Source: Wickerhamiella versatilis
Lineage: Eukaryota
Direction of reading: 5' to 3'
Length of the DNA: 64,000 bases
NCBI GenBank assembly: GCA_030867685.1
Contig: JAQOWU010000007.1
Coordinates: 1,488,001-1,552,000, forward strand
Of the stretch, positions 1 to 10,421 are shown in pieces. A program made the translations under genes and the position numbers. Numbering within the stretch: the first letter of the stretch is position 1; each line of letters opens with the position of its first letter. The notes under the pieces are model-generated. The model saw nothing but the letters and a program-made list of their open reading frames with translations, was not told the origin of the DNA and did no database searches.

Positions 1-1318
1 CTTCACGAAGGGTTCGCTGCGACTGTGATTGATGGCGCAATTGATCTATGAGCTTAAGACTCAGTGACCTACCAGTACCCTCATAGCCATTTATTGTAGA
101 AGCCATGAAAACAAGATATGGGCCCATCAGCTTTTTAACAATGGGTAAAGGAATAGCCGCTGCCTCATCGATCACTACAAGTTCAGCCTGACCTAAGACT
201 TGAGAATCCTCCGGCTGAATATACTGTATAGTCTGACGGTGCGTCTTGAATATATTAACACGCACAATAGCTTTGTTAAAAGCTGGGTTTGTCGATTGAA
301 GAATATCATAGTCCTGATGCTCCTCAAATCCAAGAGCATCAAATCCCTTGAATATGAACTCAAAGAGAGTTTTAAGGTTCTCAGGGCTTGGACTGGTGAT
401 AAAAATATTCGAATATCCGTGCGCAACTGCAGATGCAATTGCTAGACCCATGGCAGCAGATTTACCTCTTCCTCTTCCCGCCGTAAGGGCGACTGTGGAA
501 CGCAAAGTTTTCTCTGATATAGCGTCAATAAAAGTAAGAATTGCCTTGGCCTGATCTGTAGTGCGACAAAGCTTGGCCAAAGGGTAAACGCCATCAACCC
601 CCTCCAGTGATTCGAGTAAACGATCGAGTTCCGTTATTTCCTTAGTATTTTCAGGAGGAGGAAGCGGGGCAACCATGCGGCCACCTGAAATGGGCAAAAC
701 ATTAAGCTCATCGTCCACCACTAAACAATTGGGGTTTGAACCAAGACTCAGAATAAACCGTTCATTAAAGCGAGCAACTACATCCTCGTGTGCTTCGGTA
801 CGATATCTAGAATGCACATCCATGGTCATCGAATAGAGTTGTTTCAAACTATGCATGCTTTTCAATAGAAGAACAACGACGCCGCCCCCTTGTACTGTCT
901 CAATCGTTCGCGCAAGTATATTAGGCGTAATGGCCTCAAAATCCTGCAGTACACACATTCCAAAGGTATTTCCGAGTATGCTATCAGTCTCCTTGTAGTA
1001 AACGTACCTTATATTCTGTAAAGTCACAAAGAGTTCAAAGGGATCTTCTGAATTTGGATCTCGAATGCCGCGCTTAACATCCCTCTTAATCTTAGCCTCT
1101 CTTTTTTGTCGGTGTGATGTGAAGCCTAAAAGCTTATTCTTATACGCCCACAACACGCTTTTGTTCATATTTAAATCTGCACTTGACATCAAATAATGCA
1201 GATTGGGTAACTGGTTGCGGGATTTGTCGCCGACAATAACAAAGAACGAGCGCTCCTTTGTTTGAGCACAATTTCGAATTAGTGTAGGAATGCGGCTATC
1301 AATTTTCTTTTGGCCCAT
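1..1318 (-). CDS. KRE33: RNA cytidine acetyltransferase Kre33/NAT10, N-terminal part (runs off window start)
   Basis: Manual translation from ATG at 1318: MGQKKIDSRIPTLIRNCAQTKERSFFVIVGDKSRNQLPNLHYLM, with a later TAGRGRGKSAAMG helicase P-loop. Missing from the ORF track because there is no stop in the window. Confidence 0.95.
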   Translation of the reverse strand, partial: MGQKKIDSRIPTLIRNCAQTKERSFFVIVGDKSRNQLPNLHYLMSSADLNMNKSVLWAYKNKLLGFTSHRQKREAKIKRDVKRGIRDPNSEDPFELFVTLQNIRYVYYKETDSILGNTFGMCVLQDFEAITPNILARTIETVQGGGVVVLLLKSMHSLKQLYSMTMDVHSRYRTEAHEDVVARFNERFILSLGSNPNCLVVDDELNVLPISGGRMVAPLPPPENTKEITELDRLLESLEGVDGVYPLAKLCRTTDQAKAILTFIDAISEKTLRSTVALTAGRGRGKSAAMGLAIASAVAHGYSNIFITSPSPENLKTLFEFIFKGFDALGFEEHQDYDILQSTNPAFNKAIVRVNIFKTHRQTIQYIQPEDSQVLGQAELVVIDEAAAIPLPIVKKLMGPYLVFMASTINGYEGTGRSLSLKLIDQLRHQSQSQRTLRE

Positions 1319-1699
1319 TTCCTGTCTAATTCTTTCAAAAAATTATTGTTACGTAATAGTCTACCAGCATATGCATTGTGAACAAAGAATGGTTTTAAGT
1401 CCGATAAATAAATGTATATTATCTTATAGCTTTCTGCTTTCATATTATCAAAGTGTGCTGTAATATTGAGCACCCATCAGCTTGTCGATTCTAGGATAGT
1501 TCGTTTCACGCTGCTGAGGATGCACTTATAAGATTACAAATTTTTATTCTTTTCGTTGTAACACCAGGACCTTTTGACTGAGGAACGCCGTTACATCGTT
1601 CTGCAGACATTCTAGCCTGGGAAATCAAGCAAGGTTCGAAGGGTTAGTTGCGGTCCACTTTCAGTTGAACCACGACATCTGTGCCCTGCGGGCCTTTAC

Positions 1700-3166
1700 A
1701 TGCATAGGTGTTTTGTGTCTAGACTTTTGTATATGAAGAGAACCATCGAGTCTGCTGCTAATCCCGTAAATGGGGCTAGAAATGGGGCTAGAAATAAAAA
1801 GCGATTCAAGTACAAGCCCAAGAAAATAGATAGCGTGAGTGCTGAGGGTGTCTTGCGCCGAGAAATTGATGAACTGCTTCGTAGTCAAGGGCTTGATCCT
1901 GCAGCCGCAAAATATGACATGGCCGCATTCTTTGCACGCGATCGGAGTAAGCCATGGCCAGGACATGTCGAGGTGCAAGTTGATGTTGTAGCTTTAAGCT
2001 CTCTTGGTGTTGGCATCGCTTTGCATGAGGGGAAACCTGTAATTGTTCCATGCACAGTTGTCGGGGACAAGGTGCGTACCCATATATTTCGAACCGAGGA
2101 AGCTTATTCGGAATCTAGGTTGATTGAGGTCCTAAATGGTGGTGTGGATCGTAAGGATGATCACATCAAGTGCCGTTATTTCGGAACATGCTCAGGTTGT
2201 CAGTATCAACATGTTGAATATCCCACGCAGTTGGAATACAAGAGGGCAGTAGTCTGCAATGCATATAAATATATGTCTCCAAAGCTTTGGGCTTCCGGGA
2301 AACTTCCTGAAATTCACCCCACAATAGGCTCACCGAAGGAATGGGGATATCGCACCAAACTCACACCTCACTTTGATGCTCCACCCGTTGGACCTATAGG
2401 TTTTGGAATGAGAGCAAGTAAAGATATTGTGGATATTGAAGAGTGCATGATTGCTACTGATGTTGTAAATAGTGGGTTGAAGGAGCGCCGGAAGTTCGTG
2501 CATGACCATGCCTCCGAGTATAAGCGTGGTGCAACAATTTTACTGAGAGAGAGCAAAGGTGGGGTCTGCATTTCCGATAACCGTGCAGTGAACACCGAAC
2601 AGGTTGGTGATTTCACATTTACATATCGAGCTAATGAGTTCTTCCAAAACAATAATTCGATACTGCCTGTAGTTACTGCCTTTGTTCGGGATAAAATCAG
2701 AATAAATGATCAGGCTCCTAAGTTTTTGGTGGATACTTATTGTGGATGTGGTCTATTTGCCATTGCCTGTAGCCAGGCCGTCGAACGTGTGATTGGCGTT
2801 GAAATTTCGCAGCATTCTGTGGATTTCGCGAAAACGAATGTAGATATCAACAATATCAAAAATGCAGAGTTCATTGTTGGTCAAGCCGAGCGTATTTTTG
2901 AGCATGTATCTCAGGAGCCTGCATCTACAGCTGTTGTCATAGATCCACCGCGTAAAGGTTGTGATAAGGCCTTTTTAGATCAACTTTTGGCATTTAAACC
3001 GGCAAAGGTGGTGTATGTCAGTTGCAATGTACAAAGCCAAGCTCGTGACCTCGAGTATTTTCTCGAAAATGCGCCTGAATATATCGTAGAAAGCTTAGGA
3101 GGCTTTGATTTTTTCCCCCAAACTCACCACGTCGAGGGGGTCGCAGTATTGGCCCTCCCTGTGTAA
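1700..3166 (+). CDS. TRM2: tRNA (uracil-54, C5)-methyltransferase (TrmA/RlmD family)
   Basis: TRAM-like region, CRYFGTCSGCQ, FFQNN, DTYCGCGLF SAM motif, IDPPRKG, YVSCN, DFFPQTHHVE. Start could be ATG 1700 or the next Met. Confidence 0.92.
   Translation: MHRCFVSRLLYMKRTIESAANPVNGARNGARNKKRFKYKPKKIDSVSAEGVLRREIDELLRSQGLDPAAAKYDMAAFFARDRSKPWPGHVEVQVDVVALSSLGVGIALHEGKPVIVPCTVVGDKVRTHIFRTEEAYSESRLIEVLNGGVDRKDDHIKCRYFGTCSGCQYQHVEYPTQLEYKRAVVCNAYKYMSPKLWASGKLPEIHPTIGSPKEWGYRTKLTPHFDAPPVGPIGFGMRASKDIVDIEECMIATDVVNSGLKERRKFVHDHASEYKRGATILLRESKGGVCISDNRAVNTEQVGDFTFTYRANEFFQNNNSILPVVTAFVRDKIRINDQAPKFLVDTYCGCGLFAIACSQAVERVIGVEISQHSVDFAKTNVDINNIKNAEFIVGQAERIFEHVSQEPASTAVVIDPPRKGCDKAFLDQLLAFKPAKVVYVSCNVQSQARDLEYFLENAPEYIVESLGGFDFFPQTHHVEGVAVLALPV
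1768..1795 (+). repeat. 12-bp tandem duplication (AAATGGGGCTAG)x2 encoding NGARNGARN in the TRM2 N-terminus
   Basis: Read directly from sequence. Confidence 0.9.
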
Positions 3167-3566
3167 TCACATAAAAGCTGATGCGTTTAAACTGTACAAG
3201 TATTTTGATTAATTTGCATGAGCTAGTAGCCAAATTTCGTATTTCTTAGTGCATAAGGTTCACCTGCAATTCAGAATCTCAGTTTAGCGAGAAGGTATTC
3301 TAAGATAATAGTAAGCGAGTTGACAATAATTCCAGTCACTATCTACACAATATGTAAATATGTCCATTAGTGACATACTTTGCAATTACATTGAAATTGT
3401 CTAGGGTCAAATCATCCGACGTAGATCTCCTCTAATATTGTCATCATCAGCCTTCGGCAGAGCATCTCTCGTCTTTTTGAAACATGCCAATTGAACCTTA
3501 AAAGTACCGACATGAGAGCCGAAATACTACTTAAGAGCGTAGAATTGAGTCCACCCTATCACAATA

Positions 3567-4208
3567 ATGGTATCTGTTCAACTCCTCTTCGCTCTCGCAA
3601 CAATTGTTTTCGCATCCGAACCGAGTGGAGCGGCCCAGTCCCGTCCATACTACATGAATGCAGCTTCCCAAGCCATGGTCAACTATGCCATGCGCTACAA
3701 GCATGCCGGTGTGCCTGAGGCCGTGGCTAGCTCACAAGCTTCCCACGCGGTCGAAGAACTCATGAGACAACCCCAGGCCACAGCAATTGTCGAAAGTGCC
3801 ATTAGCCATTACGGGCAAAATGGTCCTACTATGAACCCTGCGCAGATGCTTTCACTTGCCAACCAAGCAGAGCAGATGTACGAAGGTGCTGCAAGGAAAC
3901 CTGGATACTCAAGCTATGTTCAGTACGTCCGTTCTGCCGCCAAGAACTTCAACATTCCAAAAGCAACTGATGAAGCGCAGCTTCTCGTGGATAAATACGG
4001 CAACGGCGGCAAGCAACGCTATCCTGCACATGCTAAGCATGCCATCGACAAGGCAAACATTGCATTCGCTCAAGTCACCGGGGACCCCCAGGGTCAGGCA
4101 GCCGTCCACACTGTTAAGAATGTGGGCAACAAACTCGCCGCAGACTTCGGTGCATCAATGCCAACTGGCCTCAAGGGCTCTGTCAAGCGCCTTTTCGACC
4201 GAATCTAA
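3567..4208 (+). CDS. Orphan secreted protein, 213 aa, Ala/Gln-rich, no Cys
   Basis: Signal-peptide-like start MVSVQLLFALATIVFA. Many C-ending codons. No family recognised. Confidence 0.8.
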   Translation: MVSVQLLFALATIVFASEPSGAAQSRPYYMNAASQAMVNYAMRYKHAGVPEAVASSQASHAVEELMRQPQATAIVESAISHYGQNGPTMNPAQMLSLANQAEQMYEGAARKPGYSSYVQYVRSAAKNFNIPKATDEAQLLVDKYGNGGKQRYPAHAKHAIDKANIAFAQVTGDPQGQAAVHTVKNVGNKLAADFGASMPTGLKGSVKRLFDRI

Positions 4209-4345
4209 GCGGAAAGCTGGCTAGCGCTTTCCCCCTCTTTTTTCTTGGAAAACCACAGGCTGTAGATTTTTTTGTATAGCAGTTTAGATTTAGAATATAA
4301 AGCAATTGTGCCCTTTTTACATGACCAATTATATCTTGGCTTCTT

Positions 4346-4356
4346 CCCCGCTAATT
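4346..4356. promoter_or_regulatory. Mig1/CreA-type site CCCCGC with AT-rich flank upstream of the ATO gene
   Basis: CCCCGCTAATT (reverse complement AATTAGCGGGG) about 90 bp before the ATG. A CCAAT lies at 4325. Confidence 0.45.
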
Positions 4357-4443
4357 CAGTTATGAGGGTTGGGTTTTTTATGCCTGCTGACAGCAGATAT
4401 TTTCTAAGGTAGGTTCTTCTTTTTACCTACCAAAGACTGTATC

Positions 4444-5277
4444 ATGTCTTCTCAAAATTCGAAAGAGAGCTCCGATGATGTTAGGAATATAACAAGTGAC
4501 CCAGAAGAAGCTTTTCCGAACGAAGTAACTCGTGTTGCGACTAGCGGCGACAACAATGAGTATGTGCACATTGGAAATTCCAAGCTCCTACGCAGCGATC
4601 TTGAAGATGCCATGGGCGCTAATCTGCGCCCGGGTCTACATGCCTTACCGTCACAAAAGTTTGGTAATGCAGCTGCGCTTGGGTTGATGGCGTGGGCGAT
4701 GACGATGCTCTTGTTGAGCTTCACCATCATCAGAGTACGCCATCTCACAGCTTCTAATATCGTTATTGGTATGGGCTGGGCGTATGGTGGAATAACCTGT
4801 GTTGTTGTTGCTATGTGGGAGATTGCCGTTGAAAATACATTCGGAGCCGCATCAATAAGTTCAATTGGGGGCTTTTTCTTGTCATATGCTATCATTTATT
4901 CCCCTCAGTTTGGAATTCGCAGCACTTATGACGATGAGATGTTCTCCGATGCACTAGGCTGTTATTTTATGTGCTTCTTCATCCTATTTGCCCTTTTTAC
5001 TGTCTGTACTATCCGATCCACTGTGATGCTCTGCGGTCTTTTCGTCTGCCAGTCTCTGACTTTTCTTCTACTGGGCGCAGGTCTTATCGCGCGGAAGGTG
5101 GGCACTTATAAGGCGGGTGGTTGGTTTGGAATAGCCACTTCAGTTATAGCTTTCTATGCCTCGTTTGCGGGTTTTGCAGATAAGTCAAACAGTCACATCC
5201 AACCCATAGTACTGCCAATGCCAGGAGCTCAGCATGTTCGTTCGCACAAAAAGAAAACGCAAGCTAAGGCTGAATAG
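4444..5277 (+). CDS. GPR1/FUN34/YaaH (Ato/Ady2) acetate/ammonia transporter family, divergent
   Basis: RVATSGDNNEYVHIG, FGNAAALGL (family NPAPLGL), YGG, ENTFGA, about six hydrophobic segments. Confidence 0.92.
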   Translation: MSSQNSKESSDDVRNITSDPEEAFPNEVTRVATSGDNNEYVHIGNSKLLRSDLEDAMGANLRPGLHALPSQKFGNAAALGLMAWAMTMLLLSFTIIRVRHLTASNIVIGMGWAYGGITCVVVAMWEIAVENTFGAASISSIGGFFLSYAIIYSPQFGIRSTYDDEMFSDALGCYFMCFFILFALFTVCTIRSTVMLCGLFVCQSLTFLLLGAGLIARKVGTYKAGGWFGIATSVIAFYASFAGFADKSNSHIQPIVLPMPGAQHVRSHKKKTQAKAE

Positions 5278-5643
5278 AACACACTGTACAAAAAGATTTC
5301 AAATCTCTGTTCTATACTAACTCTTCTATATTTTTTTATTATCTGCTTTATGGCTGAAATTTTTTAGAGCCTTAAATATATAGTTGTGTTGAATTATATT
5401 TTTTTTTCTATTAACATGGTTTCGTTCGAATCCCAGTCTCCATTTTGAGGATTTCCACGACATCCCCACGGTATTCTCACAGCATCTCCTGAAGAAAATC
5501 AGGAATCCTCCCAGAATCTTTAACCCCTTTTATCTGCTCTTTTAAAAAGATTAATCCTTGATGTCTGAGCAAGCATAAGTATTGAATATGCTTTTTTTGT
5601 TTTTTTTGGAAGGCTATATTTTTCCGGGTCGCATCATTGTCCC

Positions 5644-6663
5644 TCATACTCTGGGGAGCCGAGAGAGATCAGCTATTCCCGAGCTGATCCACTCGGGATC
5701 AACCAGTTTCTCTTTCACGTTGTAAATAAGACGATAAGACGCCCGGATAGTTCCATCGCTAACATCCGTATGCTCTGCTATAGTCGCCCCTGGAAGCTGT
5801 TCGTCGAACAATGCAGTGGCCATATATATAGCTGCTGCTGCTACTGATGTAGGGGAGCGGCCTGCGAGGGTACCTTCATCGCGGATTCGGCGTGCTATAT
5901 ACTCAGCGGCTCGGGTAGTCTGCATAGAAAGACCAAGACGGGAACAGAACCGCCGCATAAGATCCTCAGCACGAGTCTGAGAGCTCTGGAGGCTGCTGCT
6001 GTCGCCTCCTAAGGCACCCAATGTATCACTGGGGTTGTTCTGTAGGATTCGCTGCATGAGTTTAAATGTCTTACCGATATCTTGCGGAGGTACCCCTGTG
6101 AGTACAGCAATCTCCTTAAATGTTCTAGGAACTCTTGCATGCCTGCAGGCGACAATAATCGACGCCGCCATTACAGACTGCTGAGATCTGCTTCGTAGTG
6201 ACGACTGCTCAAAAACAAGTTTATATGCCTGCTTTGCAGCATCTTGAACCGTTCTTGGCAACGAATCAGCTTCACACATTTGTGATATGCGTCCAAATGA
6301 TGCTAATAAAGCATTTCCTCGTCTATCATTCGAGGAATTGTTCTGAACTCTGCTTAGGTCTCGCCCTAGATTCGATCCCGGTGCACCGACTGCCACAATC
6401 GTGTCTAGCTGAGATCCATCTAGTAATGGATTTCCTGCATCACCCACACGGCTAGGATCATCCCCAGCATGATCATCGTTTGAGAAAGTCCGCCACTCGC
6501 TACGCTCGTCTACAATGCGATCGCTAAGTACCAGACCGCAATTTGCGCATATCATATCACCTTCTGCAAATCTTTCTACAATATCAGGTGGGTCCTGGCG
6601 GCATTCAGGACATATGAGGCGAACATTTAGATCAGGGCGAAATGGCTTCTCGGTAGTTGCCAT
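5644..6663 (-). CDS. SUA7: Transcription initiation factor TFIIB
   Basis: Zn ribbon CPEC...CANC, SEWRTFSNDD B-reader, two cyclin repeats, GRSPTSVAAA. Confidence 0.97.
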   Translation of the reverse strand: MATTEKPFRPDLNVRLICPECRQDPPDIVERFAEGDMICANCGLVLSDRIVDERSEWRTFSNDDHAGDDPSRVGDAGNPLLDGSQLDTIVAVGAPGSNLGRDLSRVQNNSSNDRRGNALLASFGRISQMCEADSLPRTVQDAAKQAYKLVFEQSSLRSRSQQSVMAASIIVACRHARVPRTFKEIAVLTGVPPQDIGKTFKLMQRILQNNPSDTLGALGGDSSSLQSSQTRAEDLMRRFCSRLGLSMQTTRAAEYIARRIRDEGTLAGRSPTSVAAAAIYMATALFDEQLPGATIAEHTDVSDGTIRASYRLIYNVKEKLVDPEWISSGIADLSRLPRV

Positions 6664-7014
6664 AAATTTAGTCAGCTAAGGTGTAAGCTTCAAATTATAT
6701 CCCCCATTGTGAAAAAAAAACCAATGTTTACCATGGCCTATATGCCCCAGAGCTGGTTTAACTCATAGGAAATGATTATTTTTTTACCTTTAGACTAATA
6801 TTAATTAGTTTTGATGAGTGTTTCATCGCTTAACAGAAAGAAAAGCTTCTGAGGCAGTGTTGCTATTTTTTATTGAAAAGGGCAAAGACAATTGACACTA
6901 TACGAGGCATGAAACTACAAAACCAGTATATCAAACCTCTATGGTATAATGGTCTATTCTGTATTATTAATTCGATATTTTGACAATTGAAGTTGTCAAC
7001 AAGTACCTTCTAGT

Positions 7015-7749
7015 ATGAGCCGCTTCGAGCTATACTCTCCTGAAGGGCTTCGTACTGATGGTCGGCGTTTTAATGAGTTGCGAAATTTTCGCTGCACTCT
7101 CGGTTCGCAAGGTCGTGCTGTCGATGGAGCTGCCGTCGTTGATATGGGAGTTTGTCGGGTGATGGCTAGCGTATCGGGTCCTCAGGAGCCAGAGGGTCGT
7201 GCGTCGACTAATATTTCGCAGGCAACACTAACTGTTAATTTGGTAGTGGCTCCATTCGCCTCCGCTGAACGGATGAAACATTTGACAAGTGAACGCCCAA
7301 TTCAGGAAATCGAGTTGAACTTACAAGAGGCGTTCAGTGAAGCCATTCTGCTTACTGCATATCCTCGAACTGAGATCGTTGTAAACTTAGTGGTTGTGGC
7401 CCAGGACGGCCAGATATTGCCTGCCTGTGTGAACGCCATGACACTTGCCCTGATGGATGCTGGTATACCTATGCTTGAGTATATGTCTGCCTGCTCAGTG
7501 GCTGTGTTTGATAATGAAGTCCCTCTGCTCGATCCTAACCAGATTGAGGTTTCAGATTTGCCTGCGATTACTACCGCAGTATTAGGGGAACAACAAAACT
7601 TATCACTACTTATGTTGGAGAGGAAATTAGATGCTGACAGAATGCCTATGGCCCTCGAGCTAGCAGTGGAAGGCTGCAATTTAGTTAGAAAGCTGATGGA
7701 TGAAGAGGTTCGTCGTTATGGTGCACTCAGAATTGCTTCCACAGTTTAG
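7015..7749 (+). CDS. SKI6: Exosome subunit Rrp41 (RNase PH family)
   Basis: MSRFELYSPEGLRTDGRRFNELR, YPRTEI, QDG, NAMTLALMDAGIPM. Confidence 0.95.
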   Translation: MSRFELYSPEGLRTDGRRFNELRNFRCTLGSQGRAVDGAAVVDMGVCRVMASVSGPQEPEGRASTNISQATLTVNLVVAPFASAERMKHLTSERPIQEIELNLQEAFSEAILLTAYPRTEIVVNLVVVAQDGQILPACVNAMTLALMDAGIPMLEYMSACSVAVFDNEVPLLDPNQIEVSDLPAITTAVLGEQQNLSLLMLERKLDADRMPMALELAVEGCNLVRKLMDEEVRRYGALRIASTV

Positions 7750-7886
7750 AGTGTGGGCAGGTCCTGCTCTCTACAGTATGAATTTGACAGCAAAAAGATA
7801 TTATAATCTATAGGCAACAGAAAGCACGTGTAGTGGTTAAATTGCTCCCTCGTGCAAACCTTACCTAACAACGCGTACCTGTTGGG

Positions 7887-9065
7887 ATGCTTGAGTTTCT
7901 TTTCAGGTTCGAACAACGAATCGTCGGGGGAGATGACGGGCTTCTGGACGATTGGAGTCTCTCAAATTTGCGAAAGTATAAATATAGAGGCGTTGATACC
8001 TCTCCCTTCAGTAAGTATGTAATGAATCCTTTCTGGACGTGGTGCGCACAGTTTATGCCACCGTGGCTGGCCCCAAATGCTATAACCCTTATTGGAATCG
8101 CGGCGGTTCTTTTATGTAACTTGATCGTGATAGTGAGCTGCTCGGATTTCCTTTCGCCGTTGTCACGGCCCACTTATTTTCTATTCGCGCTTTCGATGTT
8201 CTTCTATCAAACAATGGATAATATTGATGGAAAACAAGCGCGAGCAACTGGAACATCGAGTCCACTTGGGGAGTTGTTTGACCATGGCATCGACTCACTT
8301 AATTGTGTACTTGGTGCTATTATGTTGTGCGCAACTCTGACAACAGGCTCGACGCCATTGGCTGCGGTCTCAATTGTTGCACCTATGATCGGAATGTACT
8401 TTAGCACTTGGGAGACATACTATACACATACTTTGTACCTCGGTTTCGTTAATGCACCAACGGAAGGGCTGCTCGTTGCGATAGGCTTTCACCTGGGGGC
8501 TGCTTTCTATGGCTCAGACTGGGGGTCTTATGAAATTCTGGGGCTTCCAATTCGGCTTTGGTGGTATCTGCTTTTAGTTGCGACACTGTTACTTATTCAT
8601 ATCCCCTCTTGTGTTCTCAATGTCTCTCAGAACATTCGCAAAAGTGAAGGTGAAGCACCTTTTCGCAATGCAATATTTAAGCTTGGTCCCATCGTACTAA
8701 TGGTCTTGTCATGCTACTTTTGGCTCAGTGGACCAGAGAGTCGTATACTTCGAGAAGGTAGGCTTCTCTCTTTTGCCTGGCTGCTTACCTTTGTGGTTGG
8801 TCGTACAACTACGTCAGTTATTTTGAGCCATCTGTGCATGCAGGAGGTTTCCTGGAGATCTCTACCTTTAGCTCTTCTTTCACTCGGTGCGGTGTTGTTT
8901 GGTCTAATCCCCCGTATCGGATTTACAGTCCCCATCGACGAGATATGGTTTTTGCACCTGACCATGGTTTTTAACGCCGTGTACTTTTTCCTTTACTCAA
9001 AACTCGTGATTGACCGAATAACGAACTATCTCGGCATACAATGCTTCACTGTTCCATCTACTTGA
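7887..9065 (+). CDS. Choline/ethanolamine phosphotransferase (CPT1/EPT1 family)
   Basis: YKYRGVD, WLAPNAIT, CDP-alcohol motif DNIDGKQARATGTSSPLGELFDHGID. Confidence 0.95.
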   Translation: MLEFLFRFEQRIVGGDDGLLDDWSLSNLRKYKYRGVDTSPFSKYVMNPFWTWCAQFMPPWLAPNAITLIGIAAVLLCNLIVIVSCSDFLSPLSRPTYFLFALSMFFYQTMDNIDGKQARATGTSSPLGELFDHGIDSLNCVLGAIMLCATLTTGSTPLAAVSIVAPMIGMYFSTWETYYTHTLYLGFVNAPTEGLLVAIGFHLGAAFYGSDWGSYEILGLPIRLWWYLLLVATLLLIHIPSCVLNVSQNIRKSEGEAPFRNAIFKLGPIVLMVLSCYFWLSGPESRILREGRLLSFAWLLTFVVGRTTTSVILSHLCMQEVSWRSLPLALLSLGAVLFGLIPRIGFTVPIDEIWFLHLTMVFNAVYFFLYSKLVIDRITNYLGIQCFTVPST

Positions 9066-9127
9066 TAGAATATATATACACACTTATGCACATAAGACCC
9101 AGATTACACTGGGGCATTTACTTTAAT

Positions 9128-9901
9128 TTACTTGCTTGCGCTATTCTCAGTCTTTTGTCTTTTTGAAGGTGGACTGCTTTTCTCATCTAGCACAGCCTGT
9201 TTTGCGCTTTTATACCGTAGATATCCACTTGTCGCTACCTCAAGAGCAGTCTTTCCGATGCTTTCACGAGCATTATTGGATTTTAGGCCCCAAAGATTTA
9301 GAATGTTTGCAACATCTAAGGGAGCTCTTACGCCGGCAGGAGACTTTGCACCAGAGGATGCAACAATTCCTCGAGATCGCGTGGCACGAATTACGGCAGA
9401 GGCATTCGCGATACATTGCCTACGAGACTCCGACGAATTTACAGCAGAGCCATAGACAATCTCGAACCGGACACCTCGTGACACACCTGCACAGGCTGTT
9501 TTATGCTTAAGAAGGAAAGGCCAACGACTACTCATGTCAAAACAGATTAAATCAATATCAAGAGAGGAGGTGGCACTTTGAAGGGCTTTTTCGTTATGAG
9601 GTTCCGCAGCTATTATATCGAATTCACGTCCGAAACTAGATCCTGCAGGAATAGATGAGTTCTGGTCATCAAGGACAAATGTTACTCGCTTTAAAATCCG
9701 CAACTTAGGCGCTGCACGCTGAAGCTTCTCCATCACCTCATCTGTAAAAGGAACTTGAGCATTTTTCAGCTTGCCTCTTACCACGTAATTTAATGCAACA
9801 ACCTGATAGCCAAGATGCTGGAGTACAATAAGAACTTTACCCACATTACGCTGGGCCATCGCATCTCCAGCGGGCCATGGTACATTCAAATCTAAGTACA
9901 T
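9128..9901 (-). CDS. RPP1: RNase P/MRP subunit p30
   Basis: MYLDLNVPWP, LGYQVVALN, RGVRFEIVY, SSGA...RAPLDV. Confidence 0.93.
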   Translation of the reverse strand: MYLDLNVPWPAGDAMAQRNVGKVLIVLQHLGYQVVALNYVVRGKLKNAQVPFTDEVMEKLQRAAPKLRILKRVTFVLDDQNSSIPAGSSFGREFDIIAAEPHNEKALQSATSSLDIDLICFDMSSRWPFLLKHKTACAGVSRGVRFEIVYGSAVNSSESRRQCIANASAVIRATRSRGIVASSGAKSPAGVRAPLDVANILNLWGLKSNNARESIGKTALEVATSGYLRYKSAKQAVLDEKSSPPSKRQKTENSASK

Positions 9902-10179
9902 TGCTGTTTGTCCTTTGGAGCCGGGGTAAAATACTGATACTTCAGCTCTTGAATAATTTCAACAACTATGTACCCTCGTGGCCCTTTGTCTGTTCAAAAC
10001 TCTCAGATTAGTTCAGAAAAACTGCTGACTTAGGCACCCAGTATCTATATCATTTTACACGAGCGGCTATATACCCCACAGCAACACAGCCTTAGTAGAG
10101 CTCTACACGCTTTCAGGCCTCTTATAGCCTTCAATTATTTGTTTCGGGACATATTCGGGTCATAATATTATTTGATACT

Positions 10180-10189
10180 ATCACGTGAT
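10180..10189. promoter_or_regulatory. Palindromic E-box ATCACGTGAT (Cbf1/bHLH type) in the RPP1-casein kinase divergent promoter
   Basis: Seen in sequence. Confidence 0.45.
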
Positions 10190-10421
10190 GACATTATTCA
10201 AAATCAAATTCGGTAGGTATAACCAAATTCGGGATCCGAAGGCAGAAGCTGCAATAAATATCGTATTGTTTCCAAGTGTGAGCCGGTGGAGTCACCAGTT
10301 ATGTCTCTAACTTGTGTTTATGTACTAAATAACCCTAGCCTTCATATTCCCGTGCTTAGTCGTAGCAGTTGTGTTTCTTCTCCCTACCAGCTTTTGACGA
10401 CTTATAGCTGCGGGCACCACA

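Noticed and set aside
10278..10338. Possible 5'UTR intron of casein kinase I (GTGAGC...TACTAAA...TAG)
   Set aside because: Signals are imperfect and cannot be supported without transcript data.
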